From Macrostomum lignano (taxonomy: Eukaryota): DNA of 64,000 nucleotides. A program made the position numbers and the translations under genes. Shown piece after piece: positions 10,701 through 25,700 of the stretch; within the stretch, counting starts at the first letter, position 1; each line of letters starts with the position of its first letter. The notes under the pieces are model-generated. The model made no database searches. It had not been told where the DNA came from and saw nothing but the letters and a program-made list of their open reading frames with translations. The DNA is taken from positions 1 to 64,000 of the forward strand of contig NIVC01002842.1 in NCBI GenBank assembly GCA_002269645.1. The letters are read 5' to 3'.

Positions 10701-13700
10701 GCACGGGCTCTGCTGTCGAGTGGTGCAACACCCGGATCGATGGAACGCCTCGACGGTGCGTTGGATTCTTACAAGAAGCAAGCGTCAGATAGAGACGCTC
10801 TTCTGGCCGCGGCTGTCGTTGACAAGGAAGATGGCGTACAACCGGACGAGACTCCAAAGTCAGAAGCTCCTGCAGCTGAGGTCGAGAAGCCACAGGTTTC
10901 CACGGACGAGGTTGGAAAGCGTGTCGAGTCAAAGCAGCCGCCAGAGGAAGCAGCACCGACCAGCGCGGCTGTGACGGAGCTGATGATCTCGAGGCTGAAC
11001 AAGTTGAAGGCGTCTGGACTGTATGACGAGTCGGTGCTGACATCTGTCGGAATGGCACGGGCTCTGCTGTCGAGTGGTGCAACACCCGGATCGATGGAAC
11101 GCCTCGACGGTGCGTTGGATTCTTACAAGAAGCAAGCGTCAGATAGAGACGCTCTTCTGGCCGCGGCTGTCGTTGACAAGGAAGATGGCGTACAACCGGA
11201 CGAGACTCCAAAGTCAGAAGCTCCTGCAGCTGAGGTCGAGAAGCCACAGGTTTCCACGGACGAGGTTGGAAAGCGTGTCGAGTCAAAGCAGCCGCCAGAG
11301 GAAGCAGCACCGACCAGCGCGGCTGTGACGGAGCTGATGATCTCGAGGCTGAACAAGTTGAAGGCGTCTGGACTGTATGACGAGTCGGTGCTGACATCTG
11401 TCGGAATGGCACGGGCTCTGCTGTCGAGTGGTGCAACACCCGGATCGATGGAACGCCTCGACGGTGCGTTGGATTCTTACAAGAAGCAAGCGTCAGATAG
11501 AGACGCTCTTCTGGCCGCGGCTGTCGTTGACAAGGAAGATGGCGTACAACCGGACGAGACTCCAAAGTCAGAAGCTCCTGCAGCTGAGGTCGAGAAGCCA
11601 CAGGTTTCCACGGACGAGGTTGGAAAGCGTGTCGAGTCAAAGCAGCCGCCAGAGGAAGCAGCACCGACCAGCGCGGCTGTGACGGAGCTGATGATCTCGA
11701 GGCTGAACAAGTTGAAGGCGTCTGGACTGTATGACGAGTCGGTGCTGACATCTGTCGGAATGGCACGGGCTCTGCTGTCGAGTGGTGCAACACCCGGATC
11801 GATGGAACGCCTCGACGGTGCGTTGGATTCTTACAAGAAGCAAGCGTCAGATAGAGACGCTCTTCTGGCCGCGGCTGTCGTTGACAAGGAAGATGGCGTA
11901 CAACCGGACGAGACTCCAAAGTCAGAAGCTCCTGCAGCTGAGGTCGAGAAGCCACAGGTTTCCACGGACGAGGTTGGAAAGCGTGTCGAGTCAAAGCAGC
12001 CGCCAGAGGAAGCAGCACCGACCAGCGCGGCTGTGACGGAGCTGATGATCTCGAGGCTGAACAAGTTGAAGGCGTCTGGACTGTATGACGAGTCGGTGCT
12101 GACATCTGTCGGAATGGCACGGGCTCTGCTGTCGAGTGGTGCAACACCCGGATCGATGGAACGCCTCGACGGTGCGTTGGATTCTTACAAGAAGCAAGCG
12201 TCAGATAGAGACGCTCTTCTGGCCGCGGCTGTCGTTGACAAGGAAGATGGCGTACAACCGGACGAGACTCCAAAGTCAGAAGCTCCTGCAGCTGAGGTCG
12301 AGAAGCCACAGGTTTCCACGGACGAGGTTGGAAAGCGTGTCGAGTCAAAGCAGCCGCCAGAGGAAGCAGCACCGACCAGCGCGGCTGTGACGGAGCTGAT
12401 GATCTCGAGGCTGAACAAGTTGAAGGCGTCTGGACTGTATGACGAGTCGGTGCTGACATCTGTCGGAATGGCACGGGCTCTGCTGTCGAGTGGTGCAACA
12501 CCCGGATCGATGGAACGCCTCGACGGTGCGTTGGATTCTTACAAGAAGCAAGCGTCAGATAGAGACGCTCTTCTGGCCGCGGCTGTCGTTGACAAGGAAG
12601 ATGGCGTACAACCGGACGAGACTCCAAAGTCAGAAGCTCCTGCAGCTGAGGTCGAGAAGCCACAGGTTTCCACGGACGAGGTTGGAAAGCGTGTCGAGTC
12701 AAAGCAGCCGCCAGAGGAAGCAGCACCGACCAGCGCGGCTGTGACGGAGCTGATGATCTCGAGGCTGAACAAGTTGAAGGCGTCTGGACTGTATGACGAG
12801 TCGGTGCTGACATCTGTCGGAATGGCACGGGCTCTGCTGTCGAGTGGTGCAACACCCGGATCGATGGAACGCCTCGACGGTGCGTTGGATTCTTACAAGA
12901 AGCAAGCGTCAGATAGAGACGCTCTTCTGGCCGCGGCTGTCGTTGACAAGGAAGATGGCGTACAACCGGACGAGACTCCAAAGTCAGAAGCTCCTGCAGC
13001 TGAGGTCGAGAAGCCACAGGTTTCCACGGACGAGGTTGGAAAGCGTGTCGAGTCAAAGCAGCCGCCAGAGGAAGCAGCACCGACCAGCGCGGCTGTGACG
13101 GAGCTGATGATCTCGAGGCTGAACAAGTTGAAGGCGTCTGGACTGTATGACGAGTCGGTGCTGACATCTGTCGGAATGGCACGGGCTCTGCTGTCGAGTG
13201 GTGCAACACCCGGATCGATGGAACGCCTCGACGGTGCGTTGGATTCTTACAAGAAGCAAGCGTCAGATAGAGACGCTCTTCTGGCCGCGGCTGTCGTTGA
13301 CAAGGAAGATGGCGTACAACCGGACGAGACTCCAAAGTCAGAAGCTCCTGCAGCTGAGGTCGAGAAGCCACAGGTTTCCACGGACGAGGTTGGAAAGCGT
13401 GTCGAGTCAAAGCAGCCGCCAGAGGAAGCAGCACCGACCAGCGCGGCTGTGACGGAGCTGATGATCTCGAGGCTGAACAAGTTGAAGGCGTCTGGACTGT
13501 ATGACGAGTCGGTGCTGACATCTGTCGGAATGGCACGGGCTCTGCTGTCGAGTGGTGCAACACCCGGATCGATGGAACGCCTCGACGGTGCGTTGGATTC
13601 TTACAAGAAGCAAGCGTCAATGTTGACGGTTATTGGTCAGGAAAACAAGGTAACCGAGCAGCAGCGTTGGAAAGACTTAGTGGACCAGATCAACTTCTTG

Positions 13701-16700
13701 TGCTCTGTTTATCCGTCTGATTCCTTGTCTCCTATGCCTCTGGTACATGGTCTCCATAAACTGGTGGACGCTCGTCCAATGTTTTTGCAAGAGCTTCGGC
13801 CTGGCATTCGTAGCCTAGCATCCGGGGTCCAGCTTTGCCATTCGAGTTTTCTTGTGAAAGGAGTTTTACAGCAGCTACGTATCGCCAGGTCTGCCGAGTT
13901 GATCCAGTTCCTTGTTTCGCCTCTTCGTCAGACTATGGTAGAGCTAATGCGGTGTAAGTTTTGGTCATGGATCTCAGAACGGCATACTGCTGAAGTTGCT
14001 CAAATCTCATATTGGATAGAAATCGCATCGAATTCGGAGAATCAACTGTCGTCGTGTAGGAACGTGAATTTATCAGAATTTTTTAATTCGATACATCGTC
14101 AACTTGAAATTTTACATAGTAGAAGATCATATTGGCACGGTCTTCAAATATCGATGGTATCAATGAATAAATTCTTGGTTACAGATTTTTCAGCAGAATT
14201 GTCTAATTGTTTAGCCATGCTAAACAAGTACGCACTTCTAAACAGCGACATGGTACGTTTTGAACTGTCAATGAAAACTGCGATGGGCCATATCTCAGAA
14301 GCTACAGACTACTATTGTGAGGCGATCCAATGCTCTTTACTCCGGATTCCTCTTAAAAAACTCCGATATGAATTTCTAACTGAGTCAACTAGAAGCTTTC
14401 TTTATCAAGCGCCTCGTTTACTATTAACGGAGGGGTCCACTTGGAAAAAGTTTTTATCCATATTTTTGCATGCAGAGAAAGGCCTTCAGCATCAGCTCAC
14501 TAAAGGTCAAAGTGCACCAGTAGGACGACAAGCACTGGGAAGGTTCAAGCGACTACTGCATATTTACACAAAGACTTTGATCACACTAGAAACTACATAC
14601 TTTCGACCGGATTATGGCAAATACAACAAAAAACAACAGACTCACTCCCAAAAATGCTACCATTCCGAAACGAAATCGCAGACACAATAGAATTCAATAC
14701 GAACAAAAGCACGAAACCAAAAAAGAAAACGCGGCAATGAACGCGGCACTGTTTGACGCTACGATCGAGCGACTGGCGCGTCTGAATCGCATCGGACTGT
14801 TCGACGCCTCGGTGCTGACGTCGGTGGAGCAGGCGCGAGCCGCGCTGCAGCATTCAGCTAGACCCGGAGCGATGCAGCGACTGAACGCGGAGCTGGCAGA
14901 GTACAAGCGCCGCCTTGATGAGATCACCGCAGCTGAACAGGCGGAAGCTGCAGCGCCAGAACAGGAGGAGGAAGAGCCAGAAGCTGAGCCGGTCGTCGAG
15001 GACGCGGCAATGAACGCGGCACTGTTTGACGCTACGATCGAGCGACTGGCGCGTCTGAATCGCATCGGACTGTTCGACGCCTCGGTGCTGACGTCGGTGG
15101 AGCAGGCGCGAGCCGCGCTGCAGCATTCAGCTAGACCCGGAGCGATGCAGCGACTGAACGCGGAGCTGGCAGAGTACAAGCGCCGCCTTGATGAGATCAC
15201 CGCAGCTGAACAGGCGGAAGCTGCAGCGCCAGAACAGGAGGAGGAAGAGCCAGAAGCTGAGCCGGTCGTCGAGGACGCGGCAATGAACGCGGCACTGTTT
15301 GACGCTACGATCGAGCGACTGGCGCGTCTGAATCGCATCGGACTGTTCGACGCCTCGGTGCTGACGTCGGTGGAGCAGGCGCGAGCCGCGCTGCAGCATT
15401 CAGCTAGACCCGGAGCGATGCAGCGACTGAACGCGGAGCTGGCAGAGTACAAGCGCCGCCTTGATGAGATCACCGCAGCTGAACAGGCGGAAGCTGCAGC
15501 GCCAGAACAGGAGGAGGAAGAGCCAGAAGCTGAGCCGGTCGTCGAGGACGCGGCAATGAACGCGGCACTGTTTGACGCTACGATCGAGCGACTGGCGCGT
15601 CTGAATCGCATCGGACTGTTCGACGCCTCGGTGCTGACGTCGGTGGAGCAGGCGCGAGCCGCGCTGCAGCATTCAGCTAGACCCGGAGCGATGCAGCGAC
15701 TGAACGCGGAGCTGGCAGAGTACAAGCGCCGCCTTGATGAGATCACCGCAGCTGAACAGGCGGAAGCTGCAGCGCCAGAACAGGAGGAGGAAGAGCCAGA
15801 AGCTGAGCCGGTCGTCGAGGACGCGGCAATGAACGCGGCACTGTTTGACGCTACGATCGAGCGACTGGCGCGTCTGAATCGCATCGGACTGTTCGACGCC
15901 TCGGTGCTGACGTCGGTGGAGCAGGCGCGAGCCGCGCTGCAGCATTCAGCTAGACCCGGAGCGATGCAGCGACTGAACGCGGAGCTGGCAGAGTACAAGC
16001 GCCGCCTTGATGAGATCACCGCAGCTGAACAGGCGGAAGCTGCAGCGCCAGAACAGGAGGAGGAAGAGCCAGAAGCTGAGCCGGTCGTCGAGGACGCGGC
16101 AATGAACGCGGCACTGTTTGACGCTACGATCGAGCGACTGGCGCGTCTGAATCGCATCGGACTGTTCGACGCCTCGGTGCTGACGTCGGTGGAGCAGGCG
16201 CGAGCCGCGCTGCAGCATTCAGCTAGACCCGGAGCGATGCAGCGACTGAACGCGGAGCTGGCAGAGTACAAGCGCCGCCTTGATGAGATCACCGCAGCTG
16301 AACAGGCGGAAGCTGCAGCGCCAGAACAGGAGGAGGAAGAGCCAGAAGCTGAGCCGGTCGTCGAGGACGCGGCAATGAACGCGGCACTGTTTGACGCTAC
16401 GATCGAGCGACTGGCGCGTCTGAATCGCATCGGACTGTTCGACGCCTCGGTGCTGACGTCGGTGGAGCAGGCGCGAGCCGCGCTGCAGCATTCAGCTAGA
16501 CCCGGAGCGATGCAGCGACTGAACGCGGAGCTGGCAGAGTACAAGCGCCGCCTTGATGAGATCACCGCAGCTGAACAGGCGGAAGCTGCAGCGCCAGAAC
16601 AGGAGGAGGAAGAGCCAGAAGCTGAGCCGGTCGTCGAGGACGCGGCAATGAACGCGGCACTGTTTGACGCTACGATCGAGCGACTGGCGCGTCTGAATCG

Positions 16701-19700
16701 CATCGGACTGTTCGACGCCTCGGTGCTGACGTCGGTGGAGCAGGCGCGAGCCGCGCTGCAGCATTCAGCTAGACCCGGAGCGATGCAGCGACTGAACGCG
16801 GAGCTGGCAGAGTACAAGCGCCGCCTTGATGAGATCACCGCAGCTGAACAGGCGGAAGCTGCAGCGCCAGAACAGGAGGAGGAAGAGCCAGAAGCTGAGC
16901 CGGTCGTCGAGGACGCGGCAATGAACGCGGCACTGTTTGACGCTACGATCGAGCGACTGGCGCGTCTGAATCGCATCGGACTGTTCGACGCCTCGGTGCT
17001 GACGTCGGTGGAGCAGGCGCGAGCCGCGCTGCAGCATTCAGCTAGACCCGGAGCGATGCAGCGACTGAACGCGGAGCTGGCAGAGTACAAGCGCCGCCTT
17101 GATGAGATCACCGCAGCTGAACAGGCGGAAGCTGCAGCGCCAGAACAGGAGGAGGAAGAGCCAGAAGCTGAGCCGGTCGTCGAGGACGCGGCAATGAACG
17201 CGGCACTGTTTGACGCTACGATCGAGCGACTGGCGCGTCTGAATCGCATCGGACTGTTCGACGCCTCGGTGCTGACGTCGGTGGAGCAGGCGCGAGCCGC
17301 GCTGCAGCATTCAGCTAGACCCGGAGCGATGCAGCGACTGAACGCGGAGCTGGCAGAGTACAAGCGCCGCCTTGATGAGATCACCGCAGCTGAACAGGCG
17401 GAAGCTGCAGCGCCAGAACAGGAGGAGGAAGAGCCAGAAGCTGAGCCGGTCGTCGAGGACGCGGCAATGAACGCGGCACTGTTTGACGCTACGATCGAGC
17501 GACTGGCGCGTCTGAATCGCATCGGACTGTTCGACGCCTCGGTGCTGACGTCGGTGGAGCAGGCGCGAGCCGCGCTGCAGCATTCAGCTAGACCCGGAGC
17601 GATGCAGCGACTGAACGCGGAGCTGGCAGAGTACAAGCGCCGCCTTGATGAGATCACCGCAGCTGAACAGGCGGAAGCTGCAGCGCCAGAACAGGAGGAG
17701 GAAGAGCCAGAAGCTGAGCCGGTCGTCGAGGACGCGGCAATGAACGCGGCACTGTTTGACGCTACGATCGAGCGACTGGCGCGTCTGAATCGCATCGGAC
17801 TGTTCGACGCCTCGGTGCTGACGTCGGTGGAGCAGGCGCGAGCCGCGCTGCAGCATTCAGCTAGACCCGGAGCGATGCAGCGACTGAACGCGGAGCTGGC
17901 AGAGTACAAGCGCCGCCTTGATGAGATCACCGCAGCTGAACAGGCGGAAGCTGCAGCGCCAGAACAGGAGGAGGAAGAGCCAGAAGCTGAGCCGGTCGTC
18001 GAGGACGCGGCAATGAACGCGGCACTGTTTGACGCTACGATCGAGCGACTGGCGCGTCTGAATCGCATCGGACTGTTCGACGCCTCGGTGCTGACGTCGG
18101 TGGAGCAGGCGCGAGCCGCGCTGCAGCATTCAGCTAGACCCGGAGCGATGCAGCGACTGAACGCGGAGCTGGCAGAGTACAAGCGCCGCCTTGATGAGAT
18201 CACCGCAGCTGAACAGGCGGAAGCTGCAGCGCCAGAACAGGAGGAGGAAGAGCCAGAAGCTGAGCCGGTCGTCGAGGACGCGGCAATGAACGCGGCACTG
18301 TTTGACGCTACGATCGAGCGACTGGCGCGTCTGAATCGCATCGGACTGTTCGACGCCTCGGTGCTGACGTCGGTGGAGCAGGCGCGAGCCGCGCTGCAGC
18401 ATTCAGCTAGACCCGGAGCGATGCAGCGACTGAACGCGGAGCTGGCAGAGTACAAGCGCCGCCTTGATGAGATCACCGCAGCTGAACAGGCGGAAGCTGC
18501 AGCGCCAGAACAGGAGGAGGAAGAGCCAGAAGCTGAGCCGGTCGTCGAGGACGCGGCAATGAACGCGGCACTGTTTGACGCTACGATCGAGCGACTGGCG
18601 CGTCTGAATCGCATCGGACTGTTCGACGCCTCGGTGCTGACGTCGGTGGAGCAGGCGCGAGCCGCGCTGCAGCATTCAGCTAGACCCGGAGCGATGCAGC
18701 GACTGAACGCGGAGCTGGCAGAGTACAAGCGCCGCCTTGATGAGATCACCGCAGCTGAACAGGCGGAAGCTGCAGCGCCAGAACAGGAGGAGGAAGAGCC
18801 AGAAGCTGAGCCGGTCGTCGAGGACGCGGCAATGAACGCGGCACTGTTTGACGCTACGATCGAGCGACTGGCGCGTCTGAATCGCATCGGACTGTTCGAC
18901 GCCTCGGTGCTGACGTCGGTGGAGCAGGCGCGAGCCGCGCTGCAGCATTCAGCTAGACCCGGAGCGATGCAGCGACTGAACGCGGAGCTGGCAGAGTACA
19001 AGCGCCGCCTTGATGAGATCACCGCAGCTGAACAGGCGGAAGCTGCAGCGCCAGAACAGGAGGAGGAAGAGCCAGAAGCTGAGCCGGTCGTCGAGGACGC
19101 GGCAATGAACGCGGCACTGTTTGACGCTACGATCGAGCGACTGGCGCGTCTGAATCGCATCGGACTGTTCGACGCCTCGGTGCTGACGTCGGTGGAGCAG
19201 GCGCGAGCCGCGCTGCAGCATTCAGCTAGACCCGGAGCGATGCAGCGACTGAACGCGGAGCTGGCAGAGTACAAGCGCCGCCTTGATGAGATCACCGCAG
19301 CTGAACAGGCGGAAGCTGCAGCGCCAGAACAGGAGGAGGAAGAGCCAGAAGCTGAGCCGGTCGTCGAGGACGCGGCAATGAACGCGGCACTGTTTGACGC
19401 TACGATCGAGCGACTGGCGCGTCTGAATCGCATCGGACTGTTCGACGCCTCGGTGCTGACGTCGGTGGAGCAGGCGCGAGCCGCGCTGCAGCATTCAGCT
19501 AGACCCGGAGCGATGCAGCGACTGAACGCGGAGCTGGCAGAGTACAAGCGCCGCCTTGATGAGATCACCGCAGCTGAACAGGCGGAAGCTGCAGCGCCAG
19601 AACAGGAGGAGGAAGAGCCAGAAGCTGAGCCGGTCGTCGAGGACGCGGCAATGAACGCGGCACTGTTTGACGCTACGATCGAGCGACTGGCGCGTCTGAA

Positions 19701-22700
19701 TCGCATCGGACTGTTCGACGCCTCGGTGCTGACGTCGGTGGAGCAGGCGCGAGCCGCGCTGCAGCATTCAGCTAGACCCGGAGCGATGCAGCGACTGAAC
19801 GCGGAGCTGGCAGAGTACAAGCGCCGCCTTGATGAGATCACCGCAGCTGAACAGGCGGAAGCTGCAGCGCCAGAACAGGAGGAGGAAGAGCCAGAAGCTG
19901 AGCCGGTCGTCGAGGACGCGGCAATGAACGCGGCACTGTTTGACGCTACGATCGAGCGACTGGCGCGTCTGAATCGCATCGGACTGTTCGACGCCTCGGT
20001 GCTGACGTCGGTGGAGCAGGCGCGAGCCGCGCTGCAGCATTCAGCTAGACCCGGAGCGATGCAGCGACTGAACGCGGAGCTGGCAGAGTACAAGCGCCGC
20101 CTTGATGAGATCACCGCAGCTGAACAGGCGGAAGCTGCAGCGCCAGAACAGGAGGAGGAAGAGCCAGAAGCTGAGCCGGTCGTCGAGGACGCGGCAATGA
20201 ACGCGGCACTGTTTGACGCTACGATCGAGCGACTGGCGCGTCTGAATCGCATCGGACTGTTCGACGCCTCGGTGCTGACGTCGGTGGAGCAGGCGCGAGC
20301 CGCGCTGCAGCATTCAGCTAGACCCGGAGCGATGCAGCGACTGAACGCGGAGCTGGCAGAGTACAAGCGCCGCCTTGATGAGATCACCGCAGCTGAACAG
20401 GCGGAAGCTGCAGCGCCAGAACAGGAGGAGGAAGAGCCAGAAGCTGAGCCGGTCGTCGAGGACGCGGCAATGAACGCGGCACTGTTTGACGCTACGATCG
20501 AGCGACTGGCGCGTCTGAATCGCATCGGACTGTTCGACGCCTCGGTGCTGACGTCGGTGGAGCAGGCGCGAGCCGCGCTGCAGCATTCAGCTAGACCCGG
20601 AGCGATGCAGCGACTGAACGCGGAGCTGGCAGAGTACAAGCGCCGCCTTGATGAGATCACCGCAGCTGAACAGGCGGAAGCTGCAGCGCCAGAACAGGAG
20701 GAGGAAGAGCCAGAAGCTGAGCCGGTCGTCGAGGACGCGGCAATGAACGCGGCACTGTTTGACGCTACGATCGAGCGACTGGCGCGTCTGAATCGCATCG
20801 GACTGTTCGACGCCTCGGTGCTGACGTCGGTGGAGCAGGCGCGAGCCGCGCTGCAGCATTCAGCTAGACCCGGAGCGATGCAGCGACTGAACGCGGAGCT
20901 GGCAGAGTACAAGCGCCGCCTTGATGAGATCACCGCAGCTGAACAGGCGGAAGCTGCAGCGCCAGAACAGGAGGAGGAAGAGCCAGAAGCTGAGCCGGTC
21001 GTCGAGGACGCGGCAATGAACGCGGCACTGTTTGACGCTACGATCGAGCGACTGGCGCGTCTGAATCGCATCGGACTGTTCGACGCCTCGGTGCTGACGT
21101 CGGTGGAGCAGGCGCGAGCCGCGCTGCAGCATTCAGCTAGACCCGGAGCGATGCAGCGACTGAACGCGGAGCTGGCAGAGTACAAGCGCCGCCTTGATGA
21201 GATCACCGCAGCTGAACAGGCGGAAGCTGCAGCGCCAGAACAGGAGGAGGAAGAGCCAGAAGCTGAGCCGGTCGTCGAGGACGCGGCAATGAACGCGGCA
21301 CTGTTTGACGCTACGATCGAGCGACTGGCGCGTCTGAATCGCATCGGACTGTTCGACGCCTCGGTGCTGACGTCGGTGGAGCAGGCGCGAGCCGCGCTGC
21401 AGCATTCAGCTAGACCCGGAGCGATGCAGCGACTGAACGCGGAGCTGGCAGAGTACAAGCGCCGCCTTGATGAGATCACCGCAGCTGAACAGGCGGAAGC
21501 TGCAGCGCCAGAACAGGAGGAGGAAGAGCCAGAAGCTGAGCCGGTCGTCGAGGACGCGGCAATGAACGCGGCACTGTTTGACGCTACGATCGAGCGACTG
21601 GCGCGTCTGAATCGCATCGGACTGTTCGACGCCTCGGTGCTGACGTCGGTGGAGCAGGCGCGAGCCGCGCTGCAGCATTCAGCTAGACCCGGAGCGATGC
21701 AGCGACTGAACGCGGAGCTGGCAGAGTACAAGCGCCGCCTTGATGAGATCACCGCAGCTGAACAGGCGGAAGCTGCAGCGCCAGAACAGGAGGAGGAAGA
21801 GCCAGAAGCTGAGCCGGTCGTCGAGGACGCGGCAATGAACGCGGCACTGTTTGACGCTACGATCGAGCGACTGGCGCGTCTGAATCGCATCGGACTGTTC
21901 GACGCCTCGGTGCTGACGTCGGTGGAGCAGGCGCGAGCCGCGCTGCAGCATTCAGCTAGACCCGGAGCGATGCAGCGACTGAACGCGGAGCTGGCAGAGT
22001 ACAAGCGCCGCCTTGATGAGATCACCGCAGCTGAACAGGCGGAAGCTGCAGCGCCAGAACAGGAGGAGGAAGAGCCAGAAGCTGAGCCGGTCGTCGAGGA
22101 CGCGGCAATGAACGCGGCACTGTTTGACGCTACGATCGAGCGACTGGCGCGTCTGAATCGCATCGGACTGTTCGACGCCTCGGTGCTGACGTCGGTGGAG
22201 CAGGCGCGAGCCGCGCTGCAGCATTCAGCTAGACCCGGAGCGATGCAGCGACTGAACGCGGAGCTGGCAGAGTACAAGCGCCGCCTTGATGAGATCACCG
22301 CAGCTGAACAGGCGGAAGCTGCAGCGCCAGAACAGGAGGAGGAAGAGCCAGAAGCTGAGCCGGTCGTCGAGGACGCGGCAATGAACGCGGCACTGTTTGA
22401 CGCTACGATCGAGCGACTGGCGCGTCTGAATCGCATCGGACTGTTCGACGCCTCGGTGCTGACGTCGGTGGAGCAGGCGCGAGCCGCGCTGCAGCATTCA
22501 GCTAGACCCGGAGCGATGCAGCGACTGAACGCGGAGCTGGCAGAGTACAAGCGCCGCCTTGATGAGATCACCGCAGCTGAACAGGCGGAAGCTGCAGCGC
22601 CAGAACAGGAGGAGGAAGAGCCAGAAGCTGAGCCGGTCGTCGAGGACGCGGCAATGAACGCGGCACTGTTTGACGCTACGATCGAGCGACTGGCGCGTCT

Positions 22701-25700
22701 GAATCGCATCGGACTGTTCGACGCCTCGGTGCTGACGTCGGTGGAGCAGGCGCGAGCCGCGCTGCAGCATTCAGCTAGACCCGGAGCGATGCAGCGACTG
22801 AACGCGGAGCTGGCAGAGTACAAGCGCCGCCTTGATGAGATCACCGCAGCTGAACAGGCGGAAGCTGCAGCGCCAGAACAGGAGGAGGAAGAGCCAGAAG
22901 CTGAGCCGGTCGTCGAGGACGCGGCAATGAACGCGGCACTGTTTGACGCTACGATCGAGCGACTGGCGCGTCTGAATCGCATCGGACTGTTCGACGCCTC
23001 GGTGCTGACGTCGGTGGAGCAGGCGCGAGCCGCGCTGCAGCATTCAGCTAGACCCGGAGCGATGCAGCGACTGAACGCGGAGCTGGCAGAGTACAAGCGC
23101 CGCCTTGATGAGATCACCGCAGCTGAACAGGCGGAAGCTGCAGCGCCAGAACAGGAGGAGGAAGAGCCAGAAGCTGAGCCGGTCGTCGAGGACGCGGCAA
23201 TGAACGCGGCACTGTTTGACGCTACGATCGAGCGACTGGCGCGTCTGAATCGCATCGGACTGTTCGACGCCTCGGTGCTGACGTCGGTGGAGCAGGCGCG
23301 AGCCGCGCTGCAGCATTCAGCTAGACCCGGAGCGATGCAGCGACTGAACGCGGAGCTGGCAGAGTACAAGCGCCGCCTTGATGAGATCACCGCAGCTGAA
23401 CAGGCGGAAGCTGCAGCGCCAGAACAGGAGGAGGAAGAGCCAGAAGCTGAGCCGGTCGTCGAGGACGCGGCAATGAACGCGGCACTGTTTGACGCTACGA
23501 TCGAGCGACTGGCGCGTCTGAATCGCATCGGACTGTTCGACGCCTCGGTGCTGACGTCGGTGGAGCAGGCGCGAGCCGCGCTGCAGCATTCAGCTAGACC
23601 CGGAGCGATGCAGCGACTGAACGCGGAGCTGGCAGAGTACAAGCGCCGCCTTGATGAGATCACCGCAGCTGAACAGGCGGAAGCTGCAGCGCCAGAACAG
23701 GAGGAGGAAGAGCCAGAAGCTGAGCCGGTCGTCGAGGACGCGGCAATGAACGCGGCACTGTTTGACGCTACGATCGAGCGACTGGCGCGTCTGAATCGCA
23801 TCGGACTGTTCGACGCCTCGGTGCTGACGTCGGTGGAGCAGGCGCGAGCCGCGCTGCAGCATTCAGCTAGACCCGGAGCGATGCAGCGACTGAACGCGGA
23901 GCTGGCAGAGTACAAGCGCCGCCTTGATGAGATCACCGCAGCTGAACAGGCGGAAGCTGCAGCGCCAGAACAGGAGGAGGAAGAGCCAGAAGCTGAGCCG
24001 GTCGTCGAGGACGCGGCAATGAACGCGGCACTGTTTGACGCTACGATCGAGCGACTGGCGCGTCTGAATCGCATCGGACTGTTCGACGCCTCGGTGCTGA
24101 CGTCGGTGGAGCAGGCGCGAGCCGCGCTGCAGCATTCAGCTAGACCCGGAGCGATGCAGCGACTGAACGCGGAGCTGGCAGAGTACAAGCGCCGCCTTGA
24201 TGAGATCACCGCAGCTGAACAGGCGGAAGCTGCAGCGCCAGAACAGGAGGAGGAAGAGCCAGAAGCTGAGCCGGTCGTCGAGGACGCGGCAATGAACGCG
24301 GCACTGTTTGACGCTACGATCGAGCGACTGGCGCGTCTGAATCGCATCGGACTGTTCGACGCCTCGGTGCTGACGTCGGTGGAGCAGGCGCGAGCCGCGC
24401 TGCAGCATTCAGCTAGACCCGGAGCGATGCAGCGACTGAACGCGGAGCTGGCAGAGTACAAGCGCCGCCTTGATGAGATCACCGCAGCTGAACAGGCGGA
24501 AGCTGCAGCGCCAGAACAGGAGGAGGAAGAGCCAGAAGCTGAGCCGGTCGTCGAGGACGCGGCAATGAACGCGGCACTGTTTGACGCTACGATCGAGCGA
24601 CTGGCGCGTCTGAATCGCATCGGACTGTTCGACGCCTCGGTGCTGACGTCGGTGGAGCAGGCGCGAGCCGCGCTGCAGCATTCAGCTAGACCCGGAGCGA
24701 TGCAGCGACTGAACGCGGAGCTGGCAGAGTACAAGCGCCGCCTTGATGAGATCACCGCAGCTGAACAGGCGGAAGCTGCAGCGCCAGAACAGGAGGAGGA
24801 AGAGCCAGAAGCTGAGCCGGTCGTCGAGGACGCGGCAATGAACGCGGCACTGTTTGACGCTACGATCGAGCGACTGGCGCGTCTGAATCGCATCGGACTG
24901 TTCGACGCCTCGGTGCTGACGTCGGTGGAGCAGGCGCGAGCCGCGCTGCAGCATTCAGCTAGACCCGGAGCGATGCAGCGACTGAACGCGGAGCTGGCAG
25001 AGTACAAGCGCCGCCTTGATGAGATCACCGCAGCTGAACAGGCGGAAGCTGCAGCGCCAGAACAGGAGGAGGAAGAGCCAGAAGCTGAGCCGGTCGTCGA
25101 GGACGCGGCAATGAACGCGGCACTGTTTGACGCTACGATCGAGCGACTGGCGCGTCTGAATCGCATCGGACTGTTCGACGCCTCGGTGCTGACGTCGGTG
25201 GAGCAGGCGCGAGCCGCGCTGCAGCATTCAGCTAGACCCGGAGCGATGCAGCGACTGAACGCGGAGCTGGCAGAGTACAAGCGCCGCCTTGATGAGATCA
25301 CCGCAGCTGAACAGGCGGAAGCTGCAGCGCCAGAACAGGAGGAGGAAGAGCCAGAAGCTGAGCCGGTCGTCGAGGACGCGGCAATGAACGCGGCACTGTT
25401 TGACGCTACGATCGAGCGACTGGCGCGTCTGAATCGCATCGGACTGTTCGACGCCTCGGTGCTGACGTCGGTGGAGCAGGCGCGAGCCGCGCTGCAGCAT
25501 TCAGCTAGACCCGGAGCGATGCAGCGACTGAACGCGGAGCTGGCAGAGTACAAGCGCCGCCTTGATGAGATCACCGCAGCTGAACAGGCGGAAGCTGCAG
25601 CGCCAGAACAGGAGGAGGAAGAGCCAGAAGCTGAGCCGGTCGTCGAGGACGCGGCAATGAACGCGGCACTGTTTGACGCTACGATCGAGCGACTGGCGCG

